Positions 63,153 through 64,000 of a DNA stretch of 64,000 bases are shown piece after piece. Position numbers and translations under genes: made by a program. The notes under the pieces are model-generated. The model saw only the letters and a program-made list of their open reading frames with translations, made no database searches and was not told where the DNA came from. Within the stretch, counting starts at the first letter, position 1. Each line of letters opens with the position of its first letter. The stretch comes from Ascidiella aspersa (lineage: Eukaryota), in NCBI GenBank assembly GCA_963924565.1, contig OZ004610.1:25172001-25236000 (forward strand), given 5' to 3'.

Positions 63153-63658
63153 CTGCAAAAAGAACACGTTTAGGTCAATAATTGGGTAACCCACATCTTA
63201 GGGTTTTTTATAACTCTTTTTACCGCAAATTACAGTTTTAAGACAAAACTATTACAGTGTAAACATTTAAGATGCAACAGGTCAATACAAAAAATGATTT
63301 CAAGGTTTCAAATCCAATGGCGACAGTAGGGCGAAAAATCACTTGGGATTTATTCATTATCCGTATCCGTACAATCGTTCATCTATCCAAGTTTATAATG
63401 GAATTAGCACGCGCAGGCAAAGTTGCCAATAACCTACTAAGGTAAATCGATGGCAGACACAATCAGCCCTGTGATGAATAATAGATGAGTCTAAGCCGGT
63501 GCCTCACGTCACAGGACTGAAAACCTGGCCAAGGCAGTTTTTAAAACTGCAACATTCTGTATGTCTAATAAATTGCCTTCTGTGTTAAAAAAGTTCATAG
63601 TTTCGTTCCCGTAAAATGCCAACATACGTTTGTCGTAAAATGTTGGCACAGTAAATAT

Positions 63659-64000
63659 CAGTGTTATAATGACATAAGTCAATGGCGTAAATTATTTAAA
63701 CAGTGACTTAAATTGTTTTTAAATGACTTGTATCGACTTAAGTTTTGGGCGAAATGATATCACTCACTTGGACTTACTTGGGTTACAATTAAGTTTTTGT
63801 TTTCGATAATTATTGTTGAAAAAAAAATGGTTTATTATTTTAAAGTTTGTATGTAAAACAATTCGCTTGCTATATATTACGTTTTTGTTATTTTTTAGAT
63901 AAGATATTCCTCATACATGGACGAATTTACCAATTTTAATATTTTAACGTTTTATTTTATGCCAATGACTTTACTTGAAGTTGACTTGCTTTAATAATGA
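63659..64000 (+). mobile_element. Older copy of the GACTT-array hAT MITE (family of 21334-21767), cut by the window end
   Basis: Starts CAGTGTTATAATGACATAAGTCAATG; internal ACTTGAAGTTGACTTGCT is shared with 21625-21642. Confidence 0.75.

Overview
AT-rich eukaryotic genomic DNA with GT-AG introns; an ascidian/tunicate origin is inferred from intron style, repeat landscape and an intronless 7TM family, not proven. Left to right: (1) a minus-strand tandem cluster of 3-beta-hydroxysteroid-dehydrogenase-like genes: one partial, one complete 6-exon gene, a recently duplicated promoter/exon-1 fragment and a decayed remnant; (2) a candidate small 3-exon transcript; (3) a 6-exon ZDHHC1/11-like palmitoyltransferase on +; (4) a 14.4-kb, apparently intact CACTA/EnSpm (CMC) DNA transposon (25758-40189; 22-bp TIRs, 2-bp CA TSD). 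It encodes a 790-aa transposase and a 7-exon, ~486-aa SAMD3-like second protein, and hosts nested hAT MITEs plus a 2.7-kb non-autonomous LTR element whose LTRs differ almost only at the U5 tip; (5) an L1/Tx1 fragment and an intronless 7TM gene; (6) the 3' ten exons of a glypican-3/5-like gene on -. An old local duplication (~20.0-25.8 kb plus 40.19-40.24 kb versus ~46.7-50.8 kb) shows reciprocal gene loss: the left copy keeps the DHHC gene and the right copy keeps the glypican end. The right copy also supplies the empty site for the EnSpm insertion. All exon models were built by hand from splice sites and reading-frame continuity; no database searches were run.
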